This document shows positions 1 through 11,048 of a stretch of DNA of 64,000 bases, one piece after another. Source of the stretch: Guillardia theta CCMP2712 (taxonomy: Eukaryota > Protista > Cryptophyta); the NCBI RefSeq assembly GCF_000315625.1, contig NW_005434584.1, forward strand, positions 1 through 64,000. Reading direction: 5' to 3'. The notes under the pieces were generated by a model. That model saw only the letters and a list, made by a program, of their open reading frames with translations, had not been told where the DNA came from and searched no databases. A program made the position numbers and the translations under genes. Each line of letters starts with the position of its first letter. Positions within the stretch are counted from its first letter, which is position 1.

Positions 1-3000
1 CCAGTCGCCCACCTCTTCCCTCCATGACCCTGAGCTGCGCCTGTCTCCTTGGTGCTAGGCTTGTTTTCCTTCCCTGCCTGTGCTCCATAGGTGGCTTGCC
101 CATGAGCCGCGCCTGCCCCCCATCGGACTAGGTCGACTCGCTTCCCCTTCTTGCCGTCCATAGCATGTGTTGCACCTCCAGCAGTTGCTTGATTGCTGCT
201 GTCTTGATGCCTTCCCATTCCGTGTCTTCCACCCTTAGCACCCTGAAATTCTCATGCCATTCCCTTTCCATGATCGATCCTTTCACTCCTGCTATGAATG
301 TTGCTTGTTCAACTTCATGGTCAGGTAGCAAAACTGTGATTTCTGCTCGTAGGGGGGCATATTTCTCTTCCTTTTCCTGAAATTTCTTCTTCAGGCATTC
401 CAGGCTTGTTTGTTCGACTCCGTCATATTCCGATGTCCTTGCAAATTCGATGAGGACAATGCGTTTGATGCTTGCAAAGTAGCAGCAACCGTCAGGTATC
501 CATTGCCCTTCTCGGTGCATTGAAGTCCCCATCGCTTCCATCACGATGCGTATTGGAGTGTCCCACCATGAATTGACCTGTACCCTTTGTTTCCTCCAAC
601 TCTGCTGCAGTCTTACCTTGATCTTCTTCATGACTTCATTGTGTGCTTTTTGAATCATATCTTGGAACTGCTTGCACGCTAGCTGAACATGACCCCAGGT
701 TTCTTCTCGGTCTGGACAGTGAGGACAACATGGTGAGTTAGTCTTCCCCCATTGAAAGAGCTTCTTCCTCGTCGGTGCTGAGAAGGTGATCGCTTGGATA
801 GCTGTTCGCGTAACTGACCCTTCGCATTGTTTGAACCCTCTCCCTAGTAAATCTCTTCCCACATGCATTTCGAGCATGAATTTCTCTGTCAAGGTGAGGT
901 CTCCCGCTCGAATCCTTGCCACCATTGTCTGTTTTCTGATAATGTAGTCCCATTTCTTCAAGCGATCGAATCCTGATGTAGGATTTTCTTCTCCTGCAAT
1001 GATGAATTCCATTGGACTATCGTACATTGCTTTCTCCCATCCCGAGGCAAATGTTTGTTTTGCTTGCTTGGCCATTTCCTTTGCCTCTTGAATGTTTCTA
1101 TGAGATTCTTTTGCTAGTTGGAGTCGGATCCTGATTCCCCTCCCTTCGAGTTTCTTCATGCAAGTGAGTAACCGATCATGTAAGTCCTCCAGCAGTTCGT
1201 CTTCGTATCGCATGGTATCCATTCGCAACGTATTTGTCATAAAGCGGTGGAAACGTGTGGACTGGTACATTATTGTGACTTGATTTCCCCTTTTGATCTG
1301 TATTCCTTCCTCAAGGACATGTTGCAGAAGTAAACCGATTGCGATTGTGTTCGCTCGGATGATGCTGCACTTCCCATTGATTTTCATCCCTCCTCCTGAC
1401 GTCATCTCTTTTTGTTGGAGAACATATCCTACTCGCATGGATCTGTTTTTTCTGCCCTGCATGATGTCTCCTTCAATAGCTGCTGTGAAATGCCTTCCGC
1501 CTTGATGATCGCTGCACGGCTGGATCTGATCCCTTCGTCTGTTACACAGCTCCTCATACGTTGGGAGGATGTTGTCCTGAAGCTGGACTCGTAAGTATGT
1601 TGGGAGTGTGTGCCTAACTAGTATCCATAACTCCTCTGCAGTCTTCATCAAACACCTATTCCCTGATTGCCAGAAGTTTGCTGCATAAGCTATTTGAGCG
1701 CCTTTCGGGACCCGGCTGATAATTTCAAAACCTTCTGGTATCTCATCAATGTTATTCTTCCATCCTATCAGAATGACATGTATTGTATCCAGGATTTGTT
1801 CACGAAATCTCTTTTGTTTGTCCATCCAAACCACCACTCTGTGCAGTTCCCTTGCTCTCTTCTTGTCCAGAGCCTGGGGATGTGTGTGTAGGGTAGGCCA
1901 GTTACGAAATGTACTGATGTCGCATGCTGTAATCTCTGCTAGATGTTGTAAAAACTCGTATGCCAATGGTTGTGTTGTTTCTTGGCGAACCTCTGATACT
2001 ACCTCCTCGAGTTGTTGCCACCATGCTGTAGCTTCTGTTTCGCCGTCGTCCAATGCATTAACTATTTCCAGCAGCAGATGGATGCTTTGATTGCAGTCTC
2101 TTCGGTTATTACCGTCCTCTTCCCTTGTTGCAGATGTGAAGGGAGCCGAGTCCAGTGACGCTTCCAACCATTCTATTGGTGGATCCACGGTCTTGCTTTC
2201 TTCAATTTGAGATCGCTCAAAGATGGCTATGTTCCCTTGAACTTTGAAAGGTATATTGCTTGTAGTGTAACAGAATCTTTCTTGCTGATTCCCTCCTTCA
2301 TCATAACAGGTGGGGTCATGTTGGAGCCACCGCCTCAAAATTACCCGGGTACAAGCCTTCGTATTCGTTTCCTCTCTCCCTTGGTCCGGTCTGGCTAGTT
2401 TCTTGTGTGGCTGAAGTTCATGTGGGCTAGCCTCCCTTTTTCCTTTCCTTCTCTTGTTTAGAGGCTTCCCCTCCTCCCTGGCTGGCCTTCTTCTCTTCCC
2501 TGTTCCTGCCTGCTCAAGTCCAAGTTTTGCCCAGATGACATTCGCTTGCAGATATTGTGCAAGGATTTCTTCTGCTTGTTCCCTTTGCTTTGGGAATGGC
2601 CAGAGTCGGATGGGCAGGTGCAGGGAGATGCCCTCGGTATCTGGGACGGGTAAGACACTTGTCATGGAGTGGAAGCCTACTTGGGGCAGTAGTCTCCATG
2701 CCTTTGCAAAACTCTCCCAGCCTTGCCGAGCAGGAGATGTAGGTAGGGAGTTTTCTCCGGACAGCAGGGAGTTTTCTTCTGAGATCATCTTGTCCTCCAG
2801 GTCATGTAAGATGGCTATTGTCCCCGGTTTCATCTTGCTTTCAATCATTTCCCAACTGATGGTGGTCTGCATTTTTTCCGCTATCCAGATTGCGAGTCTC
2901 TCCGGTCCTCTTATCGCTTCGTTCTCTTTGAGTCTGCCCGATCTGATTTCTCGTTGTAGCTGGTTTATTGTTTGACACCCCCATTGGTTGCACCATGATG

Positions 3001-6000
3001 TTAGTTTGTGGATCAGACTGCTTTTGATATCATCATCCACCCTGCATTTCTTATTCGTTTCTTTCTCTAGATACCGAATCGCCGCCCTTCCCAAGATGGG
3101 TGCTGGATGGGGGAGTTGGAGGCCTCCTTTGTCCCAAGGTAGGTGAAAGATAGCGTTGCTTGTACTCTTGCTCAATCCCATAGCTCTTTTGAATGCTCTG
3201 GTCCAGAGGGTATCTAAGGTTTGTAAGTCTGACCAAGACCAGCTCACCAGTACCGCCGAGTATCTAAATATATTGACGATGCCTACCTTCACCAGGTAAT
3301 ATTTTTGGGCTGCCGAGTAAGCAGATGATTCAATCAGCTTTGTCAGTTCTTTTGTCTTCTCCAAGATGTGTTCTTTCTCTCCCCACGTGAAGGGGCAGGT
3401 GTGCGCCTTGTTGCCTCTTCCTCCTGGTCTCCACAAGCTGATCCGGATCCCTAGATATTTGAACCATTTTGTCGGTGGTAGGTTCACAAACTCCTTGTCG
3501 AAGAACTTGATGGTCTGTGTTCCTGGGATCTCCCTTCTTAGCCGATAATCAAAGCTGGTGATTTCAGATTTCTTCGTGTTCAGTTCTAATCCACTCCATC
3601 GACAGAATCGCTCTACCACTTGGACAAGCGTTTTCATCTCTCTCACTGAATGTGCTATCAGGACAAGGTCGTCTGCAAATGACAGATTATTAGGGTGTTG
3701 AGTTGCAATCTCGTCTTGTTGTTGATCGAGTTGTTTTGACAAGATGCTAAGCAGAAGATTTGTTTTTGGCGGACTTGCGGGGCTGCCTTGGGGTAATCCT
3801 CTGAGAAGTGGGATGGCTGCTGTTTCGAACCTCTCTGTCTGAATTTGCAGCGCTATCCCTTGGCTACAACTGATTGCGACGTCTACATCACACTGGTGAA
3901 AGCCATATACTTCCATGATTTTTGCAATGGATTCGACTGCCACATTGTTAAAGAAGTTTGCAAAGTCGAGGTACAGCAGGATGAGGTCGTGTTGATTACT
4001 CTGAGCCTCCTCGATGATGTTGAGTAGACGATGACCCTGCCTGATCGTCCCCCCCTCTGGTCTGAAACCTTCCTGGTTGTTAGTGAGTAGCTTATGTTTT
4101 TCAGCAGCTTTTGCCAGTCTGTGCGCTATGACTGCCTGGAAGATCCGCGTTACCGAGGAGAGGACGCATATAGGTCTTTGATTCTCCAAGACGTGACATA
4201 TCTCATTTTTTGGGAGGAGCCTAACTCTCGCGAGCATCTTTAGTGTTTGCTTGTCTCCGATCAAGGCTCGGTTGATTGTCTTGCCTATTTCCTCCTTTGC
4301 ACTGTCAGGCAGAGCTTTCAGAATCTCGTTTGAAATCAAATCCATGCCTGCTGCTTTCCGGTTGGCCAGTTTTTGAATCCATACTTGGATCTCGCCTGGC
4401 TCCAGCGGGTAAGCTATCTCTACATCCCTGGTCGGGTGTTGATTGATTTGCTCTGGGGGTTCGAAGTCCGGTGGTTTGACGGAAGTCAGTGATTGACAGC
4501 TTTTGCAGAAGAAGAGGATTGATGCTTCTTCGTTTTTCTGGCTTTTGTCATATAACGGAATCAGTCGTCCTTTTGTTTGACATTCAGCTCTTGCACAGGT
4601 TCCGTTCATGGTACATCCGTTGACTGCAAAGAAGGTTGCCGTGTGGGTTTCATCTTCTAGATCTCTTGCCAATCTCATGGGGAGGAATTGCTCGATGTTT
4701 TTGTATCCTTCCAGGCGCCACCCTCCTGGCTGTGTGATCAGTCCTCGGATGATGGGTACGATTGCGTGTGCAGGCGCCAGCGTTATGAACAGCTTTTGTG
4801 TCAGTGTTGCCAGGTTCCTCGCCCCGAGAACCTCGACGTGCAGCATGGTTTGATGTCTTGCATTCCAAAAGGTTTTGCTTGATTCTTTGGAGTTGCTCTG
4901 GAGGAATGTCTCGATTAACGGGTTCAGTTCTTGAAGATATGCTGTCTCCGGCTGTTGCAGCGCTGGCTGGAGATCTCTCCATGACGTAAGTTCGATTGTG
5001 TTTGGGTGGCACTTCTCTGGCAGTTGACTCAGCATTGGGGCTTTGGGCTTAAAGTCTGACTTCTTGCCCATTGCATTTTGAGACTCTTTACTCCCTATCG
5101 TGCCCAAGCGTCTTCTTCGTTCTTCGCATGTTTTCAGGAATATCTCTTGGTCTTGTGCTGCGCAGATCTCCTTGAATTTGGTCATATTCTCTCTTATTTC
5201 TGCATGTAAGCTCGACTCCTTGTGTGCGCGATCAATAAAGTCTGGAATTTCTGAAGCGTTTCTTAAGTCCTTGTGAAGTTGCTTGATTTTGCGTTTCAGA
5301 TCCATCTGAATTTTGGATGCATGTCTTTTCCCGCTGGAGCCTCGTAGCGGAATTTCCTTGATGGGGAGGGCTGTTGTTATCAATTCGAGAATGTCGCAAT
5401 CTTGATGTAGAGCTTGTGCCGCTTTTATCTTCTCATCAAGTGCTATTGCCCATTCCACGCCTAGTCTTCCCGATAGCTTGTCCATCTCGACCACCCTTTT
5501 CTTTCGTCGAGGGGTTGCTTCTCGATCCCTCCTTTGCGGGAGGATTTCAATCTTTGGGATGGCTTGCTTACCCTCAGCATCGAGAGAGCTCACATTCACT
5601 ACAAGTGCTCTATGGTCGACTGCGGCTCCTATGATGCAATCCTCTGCGGTCTGCGAGATTAAGCTTACTGTGCAAGATGGATGGTGTAATGCAAAGACAT
5701 GATCCAGTTTTGCTTGGTGATGACCCTGCTTGTACCATGTGGAGAAGGTGAAGTGCGTGCTGCTTCTGCTCATCTTCTCGCAAGTGACCATCTGGGATCG
5801 TCCAAGTTCGTTTAAGCCTTGTTCCATTATCCGACTCTCATGGGGATCTCTGGATGTTGTCGAGATGCATTGAAGTCGCCTCCTATGATGGTGTCGAGAT
5901 GCATTGAAGTCGCCTCCTATGATGGTGAGCTTGACACTTGGCTCCGTCTTGAGCATCTGGCTCAGCGTTAAGTGGGTGTTACAGATCCCTATCGGTTCTT

Positions 6001-6760
6001 TTTTTCCGATCTGTAAAAGTTGTATTCTTTTTTGGAGATTCTGCTCTTCCAACATGTCAGCGCGGCGGCCGAGCAGGGGGGAGGGACGAGGGAGAAGGTC
6101 CGCATGTACTAGCGTCACAAGGCGAAGATCACTCTTACCCTTTCTCCCCTCCCCTGCACCTTTCGTCATGAACACTCGGTAGCATCCCCATTCTTTCTTG
6201 ATCATCATTCGGAGATCTGCCTCCTTTCGTTTTCCCCCGACCAAAACTTCTTGAAGTAGCACGACTGTTGGTTGATATGTTTCAATCAGGTATCCTAGGA
6301 TGTGTTTCAGCACAAATTGACTGCATCCATTGACATTGTGAGAAATGATGTTGCCAGGGGCGTTGTCCTTCCTGTGCGTTTCCACCCATGCTGATTGCAC
6401 TGACCTGTCGGTGGTAGTCGTGGGTGGTTTGCTGCCTGCTGGTAGGATTTGCTCCTCCGCCCCCGTTGCCCATTGAAGGTGAGACGAGTTCCCATCTTGC
6501 ATCTTTGTTGGGCCTGGTAGCTCCTCCTCTCCCCTTGTCTCCTTGTCGTTCTTCGAGATTGGCGCTGTGTGCATTGCTTGTGGCGGAGGAGGTGGCTGGA
6601 GTGGAGAGACGGGGCATGAAGCAGGAGGTGGGGGAGGGGAGGACGTCAGGATGTCTACCTGTGCTGACCTGTCTTGTAGTTGCAGGACCGTCGCGGCTAT
6701 GAGCTTCGTTGATCCTTGTCCTCCTTGCTCCTGCTCGTCTTCCAATCTCTCCTGTAGCCA
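1..6760 (-). mobile_element. Non-LTR retrotransposon (LINE), Dualen/RandI-like, 5'-truncated by gypsy sequence; 3' UTR runs off the window start
   Basis: One long ORF with APE, RT, degenerate RNase H-like region, CCHC knuckle and C-terminal PD-(D/E)xK endonuclease motifs. The 5' end abuts gypsy integrase sequence at about 6755-6760. Confidence 0.88.
128..6760 (-). CDS. LINE polyprotein: AP endonuclease - Cys cluster - reverse transcriptase - RNase H-like - CCHC - restriction-like endonuclease
   Basis: APE motifs: IISHNVNG, VLLQEV, IGGDFNA, KLDHVF, VDHRALV (~5590-6350). RT motifs: KAAGMDLISNE, QRPICVLS, NQEGFR, LDFANFFN, GLPQGSPASP, FADDLVL, KYLGI (~3440-4400). CPHC-x7-H-x4-C (~670-735). IPDG..VLIEF..KEEKY (~350-510). 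The called ORF start at 6913 lies inside gypsy sequence and is not a real start. Confidence 0.88.
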   Translation of the reverse strand, partial: WLQERLEDEQEQGGQGSTKLIAATVLQLQDRSAQVDILTSSPPPPPASCPVSPLQPPPPPQAMHTAPISKNDKETRGEEELPGPTKMQDGNSSHLQWATGAEEQILPAGSKPPTTTTDRSVQSAWVETHRKDNAPGNIISHNVNGCSQFVLKHILGYLIETYQPTVVLLQEVLVGGKRKEADLRMMIKKEWGCYRVFMTKGAGEGRKGKSDLRLVTLVHADLLPRPSPLLGRRADMLEEQNLQKRIQLLQIGKKEPIGICNTHLTLSQMLKTEPSVKLTIIGGDFNASRHHHRRRLQCISTTSRDPHESRIMEQGLNELGRSQMVTCEKMSRSSTHFTFSTWYKQGHHQAKLDHVFALHHPSCTVSLISQTAEDCIIGAAVDHRALVVNVSSLDAEGKQAIPKIEILPQRRDREATPRRKKRVVEMDKLSGRLGVEWAIALDEKIKAAQALHQDCDILELITTALPIKEIPLRGSSGKRHASKIQMDLKRKIKQLHKDLRNASEIPDFIDRAHKESSLHAEIRENMTKFKEICAAQDQEIFLKTCEERRRRLGTIGSKESQNAMGKKSDFKPKAPMLSQLPEKCHPNTIELTSWRDLQPALQQPETAYLQELNPLIETFLQSNSKESSKTFWNARHQTMLHVEVLGARNLATLTQKLFITLAPAHAIVPIIRGLITQPGGWRLEGYKNIEQFLPMRLARDLEDETHTATFFAVNGCTMNGTCARAECQTKGRLIPLYDKSQKNEEASILFFCKSCQSLTSVKPPDFEPPEQINQHPTRDVEIAYPLEPGEIQVWIQKLANRKAAGMDLISNEILKALPDSAKEEIGKTINRALIGDKQTLKMLARVRLLPKNEICHVLENQRPICVLSSVTRIFQAVIAHRLAKAAEKHKLLTNNQEGFRPEGGTIRQGHRLLNIIEEAQSNQHDLILLYLDFANFFNNVAVESIAKIMEVYGFHQCDVDVAISCSQGIALQIQTERFETAAIPLLRGLPQGSPASPPKTNLLLSILSKQLDQQQDEIATQHPNNLSFADDLVLIAHSVREMKTLVQVVERFCRWSGLELNTKKSEITSFDYRLRREIPGTQTIKFFDKEFVNLPPTKWFKYLGIRISLWRPGGRGNKAHTCPFTWGEKEHILEKTKELTKLIESSAYSAAQKYYLVKVGIVNIFRYSAVLVSWSWSDLQTLDTLWTRAFKRAMGLSKSTSNAIFHLPWDKGGLQLPHPAPILGRAAIRYLEKETNKKCRVDDDIKSSLIHKLTSWCNQWGCQTINQLQREIRSGRLKENEAIRGPERLAIWIAEKMQTTISWEMIESKMKPGTIAILHDLEDKMISEENSLLSGENSLPTSPARQGWESFAKAWRLLPQVGFHSMTSVLPVPDTEGISLHLPIRLWPFPKQREQAEEILAQYLQANVIWAKLGLEQAGTGKRRRPAREEGKPLNKRRKGKREASPHELQPHKKLARPDQGREETNTKACTRVILRRWLQHDPTCYDEGGNQQERFCYTTSNIPFKVQGNIAIFERSQIEESKTVDPPIEWLEASLDSAPFTSATREEDGNNRRDCNQSIHLLLEIVNALDDGETEATAWWQQLEEVVSEVRQETTQPLAYEFLQHLAEITACDISTFRNWPTLHTHPQALDKKRARELHRVVVWMDKQKRFREQILDTIHVILIGWKNNIDEIPEGFEIISRVPKGAQIAYAANFWQSGNRCLMKTAEELWILVRHTLPTYLRVQLQDNILPTYEELCNRRRDQIQPCSDHQGGRHFTAAIEGDIMQGRKNRSMRVGYVLQQKEMTSGGGMKINGKCSIIRANTIAIGLLLQHVLEEGIQIKRGNQVTIMYQSTRFHRFMTNTLRMDTMRYEDELLEDLHDRLLTCMKKLEGRGIRIRLQLAKESHRNIQEAKEMAKQAKQTFASGWEKAMYDSPMEFIIAGEENPTSGFDRLKKWDYIIRKQTMVARIRAGDLTLTEKFMLEMHVGRDLLGRGFKQCEGSVTRTAIQAITFSAPTRKKLFQWGKTNSPCCPHCPDREETWGHVQLACKQFQDMIQKAHNEVMKKIKVRLQQSWRKQRVQVNSWWDTPIRIVMEAMGTSMHREGQWIPDGCCYFASIKRIVLIEFARTSEYDGVEQTSLECLKKKFQEKEEKYAPLRAEITVLLPDHEVEQATFIAGVKGSIMEREWHENFRVLRVEDTEWEGIKTAAIKQLLEVQHMLWTARRGSEST

Positions 6761-8526
6761 GGTGAGTTTTGACGTTGCGGCCATAAATAATCTCGAATGG
6801 CGCAAGGCCTGTTGAACGTTTGACGGAAGAATTGTAATGCATCTCGAAGAGGGGAAGAAATCTGTCCCAGTCATGGTTGACGCGATTGGCACAGTAGATG
6901 CGAAGAGCTTCAATCAAGACGGAGTTGAGGCGTTCAGGTCGAGCATTGCCTTGAGGATAGTAAGGCGAAGAATGCTTGATTTTGACCTGCAAGATGTCGA
7001 AAAGTTTAGTCCAAAAGGCAGAAGAGAAGATTTTTGCATTATCTGAAATGATTTCGTTGGGAAGGCCTTGGTTGGCGCAGACTTTCGAAACAAAAAGATC
7101 GGCAGCTTGTTGAGAGGTGAGAGTCTTCTTGCATGGAGACAGAAAGACACGGCCAGAAAAGTTGTCAACACAAACGAAGATCGAGTCGTAATGAGAACGA
7201 GTAGGCGGGAAGCCGGAAACAACATCGATGGAGATTGTAGCAAAACGATCAGACGGAGCTGCTTGACTGTGCGACGGTCCCATCTGTGGCTTGCGATAAG
7301 ATTTGTATTGGATGCAAGATTGACAGGAAAGGATATAACGTTCGACTTGTTGACGCATAGAGGGCCAATAAACAACAGGAACAAGAGCCAGGTATGTTCG
7401 AGAGAAGCCGCGGTGACTGTGAAGGTCATGGGCACGGTATAGAACTTCTTTGCGAACGGATTGAGGAATGCAAATGCGTTGTCGGTGAAGACTGTCTGTT
7501 AGAATCAGGAGATGATGTTCAATGTGAAAATGCTTGTACGATGGGTTGTTTTGAACTGCTTGATAGATTGTAGAAAAGTATGAACACGAGGAATATGCTT
7601 GTACGATTGCGTCGTGAAGAGATTCAACGAGAGAAGCATTATCAGCAGGAGCATCGAGAGCAAGGAGATGATGAAAATCTTGATCATCTGAATGTAGGAT
7701 TGCGTCAGCGCGTGGAGGTGCGACGTCGTCGTCGGGATATTGGCGGCTGAGAGCGTCAGGGACGACATTATCGGTACCTTTCACGTGCGCGATCTCGACG
7801 ATAGAGAATTCACTGAGAGTTTCTAACCAGCGGCGAAGACGACCTTTGAGATCCTTTTGAGTTTGAAAGTACGTGAGAGCCTTGTGATCAGTACGAAGGA
7901 TGATGGGCTTGCCAAGCAGATAAAATTGGAAGTGAAGAAGCACGTCTTTGATGGCCAAAAGTTCGCGCTCAGTGGTTTGATAATTTCTTTCTGCATCAGT
8001 AAATAGGCGACTGTAGAATCCAATGACTTTCTCTTTGTTGGCAGCGTCGTACTGAAGAAGAACACCGCCGAGAGCTGTGTTTGAGGCATCGGTGTGAACT
8101 TCTGTTCTAAGCGCTGGATCAAAGTGAGAGAGAATTGGGGAGGAGGTTAACCGGTGTTTGAGAAGATCGAAGGCTTGCTGGCACTCGGGAGTCCATTGAA
8201 AGACAACATTCTTACGAAGAAGAGCATGAAGAGGAGCAGCAATGTGGGCATAGTTGCGAATAAAGCGACGGTAATATCCGGAGAGCCCAAGAAATATTTT
8301 GATCTCCTTTGCGTTGCTGGGTGGTGGCCAGTCAAGGATCGCGCTGGTCTTACTGGATTGAGTCGATATGCCATCAGCAGAGATTTGATGACCGAGGAAC
8401 TCGACACTATCTTGAAAGAGCTTGACTTTTGATTTCTTGAGGTAAACTTGATTCTCGCGGCAGCGCAGAAGAACGCGACGAAGAGTGTTGAGGTGTTGAT
8501 CAAACGTGCCGAAATCAAGGATGAGC
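6755..8526 (-). mobile_element. Ty3/gypsy pol, C-terminal part (RT thumb, RNase H, integrase)
   Basis: VEFLGHQIS, FLGLSGYYRRFI, HTDASNTALGGVL, NYQTTERELLAI, TDHKAL, NVVPDALSR, HHCC zinc motif, and the DDE core (ISIDVV, IISDN, GNARPERLN). No LTR seen. Confidence 0.92.
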
Positions 8527-9716
8527 ACTAACTTAGACCTAGCATCGGGTACATCTGTCGCGTGATGTATTGCAATGTTTACAGAGTCAACCGCCGCATC
8601 TCCCTGCAGCGTGCAGGCCCGCGGAATTGGTCTGTGGCAGTTTGTGAATCTACCAGACTTCAGGTATTTGTTGATAAGAGTTTGATCTCCAAACTCCGGT
8701 CGTTCCTGCAGTGTACAGTTAGCGACGAGTTCCATCATGTTCCTCATGGCTTTGCTGTTCCTTATGATAAAAAAGCCACTGTTGTAATCCATTTCTCCCC
8801 TTTCCGCCATGCCAAAATAATCTAAGTGAGCAATCCTTGCATATTCGAAGAAATCGAGAGTGATACTGGTGTTGAAAAACTGGATGTCACCATCGCACAA
8901 GAGCAAATAGTCGATTGTCGGATTTTCTGTCATGAACGTAACCAGATTGCGAATCTTTTGAGTCACAGAGAAATACCAAGACTCAGTCCTGAATCCAAAT
9001 TCTCTAAACCTTGCCAGATCGATTTCAAAAACGTGCACCACAAATTCCTGTCTTCCTGTGATTGATCGCATAAACCCCTGCTCGAACAGAGTTCTAAAAT
9101 TTTCTGAGAGGTTTACGACGACATGCTCCATGCGTTTCAAAACATTTTTCTTTGTCAGAGCACCAGTACTGCTCCTAGGTGATGGAATCTGCCTCCCATC
9201 ATCCGATCGCCTCTGCCTCCCATCATCTGATCGACTCTGCCTCCCATCATCCGATCGCCTCTGCCTCCCATCATCTGATCGCCTCTGCCTCCCATCATCC
9301 GATCGCCTCTGCCTCCCATCATCCGATCGCCTCTGCCTCCCATCATCCGATCGCCTCTGCCTCCCATCATCCGATCGCCTCTGCCTCCCATCATCCGATC
9401 GCCTCTGCCTCCCATCATCCGATCGACCCTGCCTCCCATCATCCGATCGCCTCTGCCTCCCATCATCCGATCGACTCTGCCTCCCATCATCCGATCGACT
9501 CTGCCTCCCATCATCCGATCGACTCTGCCTCCCATCATCCGATCGTCTCTGCCTCCCATCATCTGATCGAGTTTGGATCGAAACACGTGATCTTGCTGTA
9601 ACATTTGAAGTGTTGCGCAAGAAACTCATGTAAAGAAAGATCAAAAGGAAACTGCCTTGCAAACAAAGACATCGAAGAGAGCGTGAAGGAAGATGACCCA
9701 TTACTAGATCCATCAT
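8527..9716 (-). CDS. Type II membrane glycosyltransferase, nucleotide-diphospho-sugar transferase (GT77-like), 3'-truncated and fused in frame to gypsy pol
   Basis: N-terminal TM (FLLIFLYMSFL), repeat stem, then LLLCDGDIQFF (DxD), YNSGFFIIR, GDQTLIN, IHHA. The missing C-terminus is visible at 12541-12657. Confidence 0.75.
9188..9570 (-). repeat. 24-bp coding minisatellite (RSDDGRQ[R/S/G]), about 16 units, in the GT stem
   Basis: Tandem units of cgatcggatgatgggaggcagagg with minor variants. Confidence 0.95.
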
Positions 9717-10108
9717 TCCATGCGCACTCTGATTGGCAACGTTTACTCAACAGCAGCCAGCTCTGCAGGCGATAGGTAGACCTGACCAATCCGCCCCAGA
9801 GAAAAGACTCCCTATCAAGGAGAGGCAGCGAAAAAGTAGGCTTCCTACACTAGGCAAGCTGATTGTCCTCGTACCGGTTTTGCATTCAGCGCTGGCTATA
9901 AAACTCTTTTACACTGTCAGGGACGCCGTTTTCAACAGGGAAAATTTGTAGCCATTCTCTGGAATATTTGCCTGAGTATTCAAATTACTACTACAAGCAA
10001 CTTTCAAAACAATCGACGGCTACCCCTACCCATCATGCTTGCTAGCTGGCAACCTCTATGAACGGGTGGGCTAGGCCTCCCAGCTGCAGCGCAAGCGATA
10101 ACAGAACC

Positions 10109-11048
10109 ATGGTCGCAATGCTGCGCATGCTTATCATTTCCTGCTGTTATGGACTATCATTCGGTGGATACAGCCCTGCTGCATCTACAAATATAACTGA
10201 GATACTATCTCGAACTGCCGTTCAATATCGACATTGCTTGAACCCGTATTCAAGTTGGGATTCGTTGTATCAAAATCTTGCAGCAGGCCCAATTCAAGAC
10301 GGGTGGGCTTGGCCAACTGATGGAGATGAGCGTCTATGAAGTCTGGGTATGCCTGGAAAATCATCCATGTGCCTTACACCCGGTGGACACCTACTTTTGT
10401 TGGGTGTTCAACGAGATGACACAATCATGGGTCCCATTTGGGGAGAACGTAGATCTTAAGCTTGTACATGTGATCCCTCGCCCTTCGGAATGTGTAGGGT
10501 ACGTGAACATATCACATTGCGCGGTGAACATTTCGATGACGGCAGACAATGCATTCGAATTGTTCGTCAACGGTGTGTACTTGGGATATGAAGATAACTG
10601 CAACTTCTGCCATACCTGGAAGTCTCAATACCTCGTATATGACTACACTGTGAACATCGATGTCATCGATGGTGAGAGAGAGATGGTGGTAGCAGCAAAG
10701 ATTATAGATTGGCCTGGTGGCCTGACTGGCCTTATTGGAACCTTTGGAGGTGTTCCCACCAGCGCATCGGCAAACTGGAAGTGTGCGACATTTCCAGGAG
10801 ATGTTCCCCCGAGGGGATGGACTGCAAGATCTTTCAACGACTCGCAATGGTCACAAGCAGTGCAAACTTTCCCAGATAGTCGATTTTTGCAACGCCCGTT
10901 GGACAAACAAGCATCCTGGATTGCTTCCCCAACGTACAATCTGAGGTACTTCTGTCGCGGAGTTATCAAGAATCCAGAGGCCGTTTGCACTCAGAATGTG
11001 AAGCAGAAAGTCCAGCCATACGAAATCCAGCTGAATGATCTGGTTTGA
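10109..11048 (+). CDS. Secreted lectin-like protein with a galactose-binding-like/CBM67-type domain; frame break near 10320-10340
   Basis: Signal-like N-terminus MVAMLRMLIISCCYG in one frame. Downstream frame has ISMTADNAFELFVNGVYLG, VVAAKIID, GLIG, WKC and WTARSFNDSQWSQA. Confidence 0.6.

Noticed and set aside
6761-6913. First ~50 aa of the 2261-aa ORF as the LINE N-terminus
   Set aside because: It overlaps gypsy integrase coding sequence in another frame.
9188-9570. 24-bp repeats as a CRISPR array
   Set aside because: Units are contiguous with no unique spacers and encode an in-frame peptide repeat; no cas genes are present.
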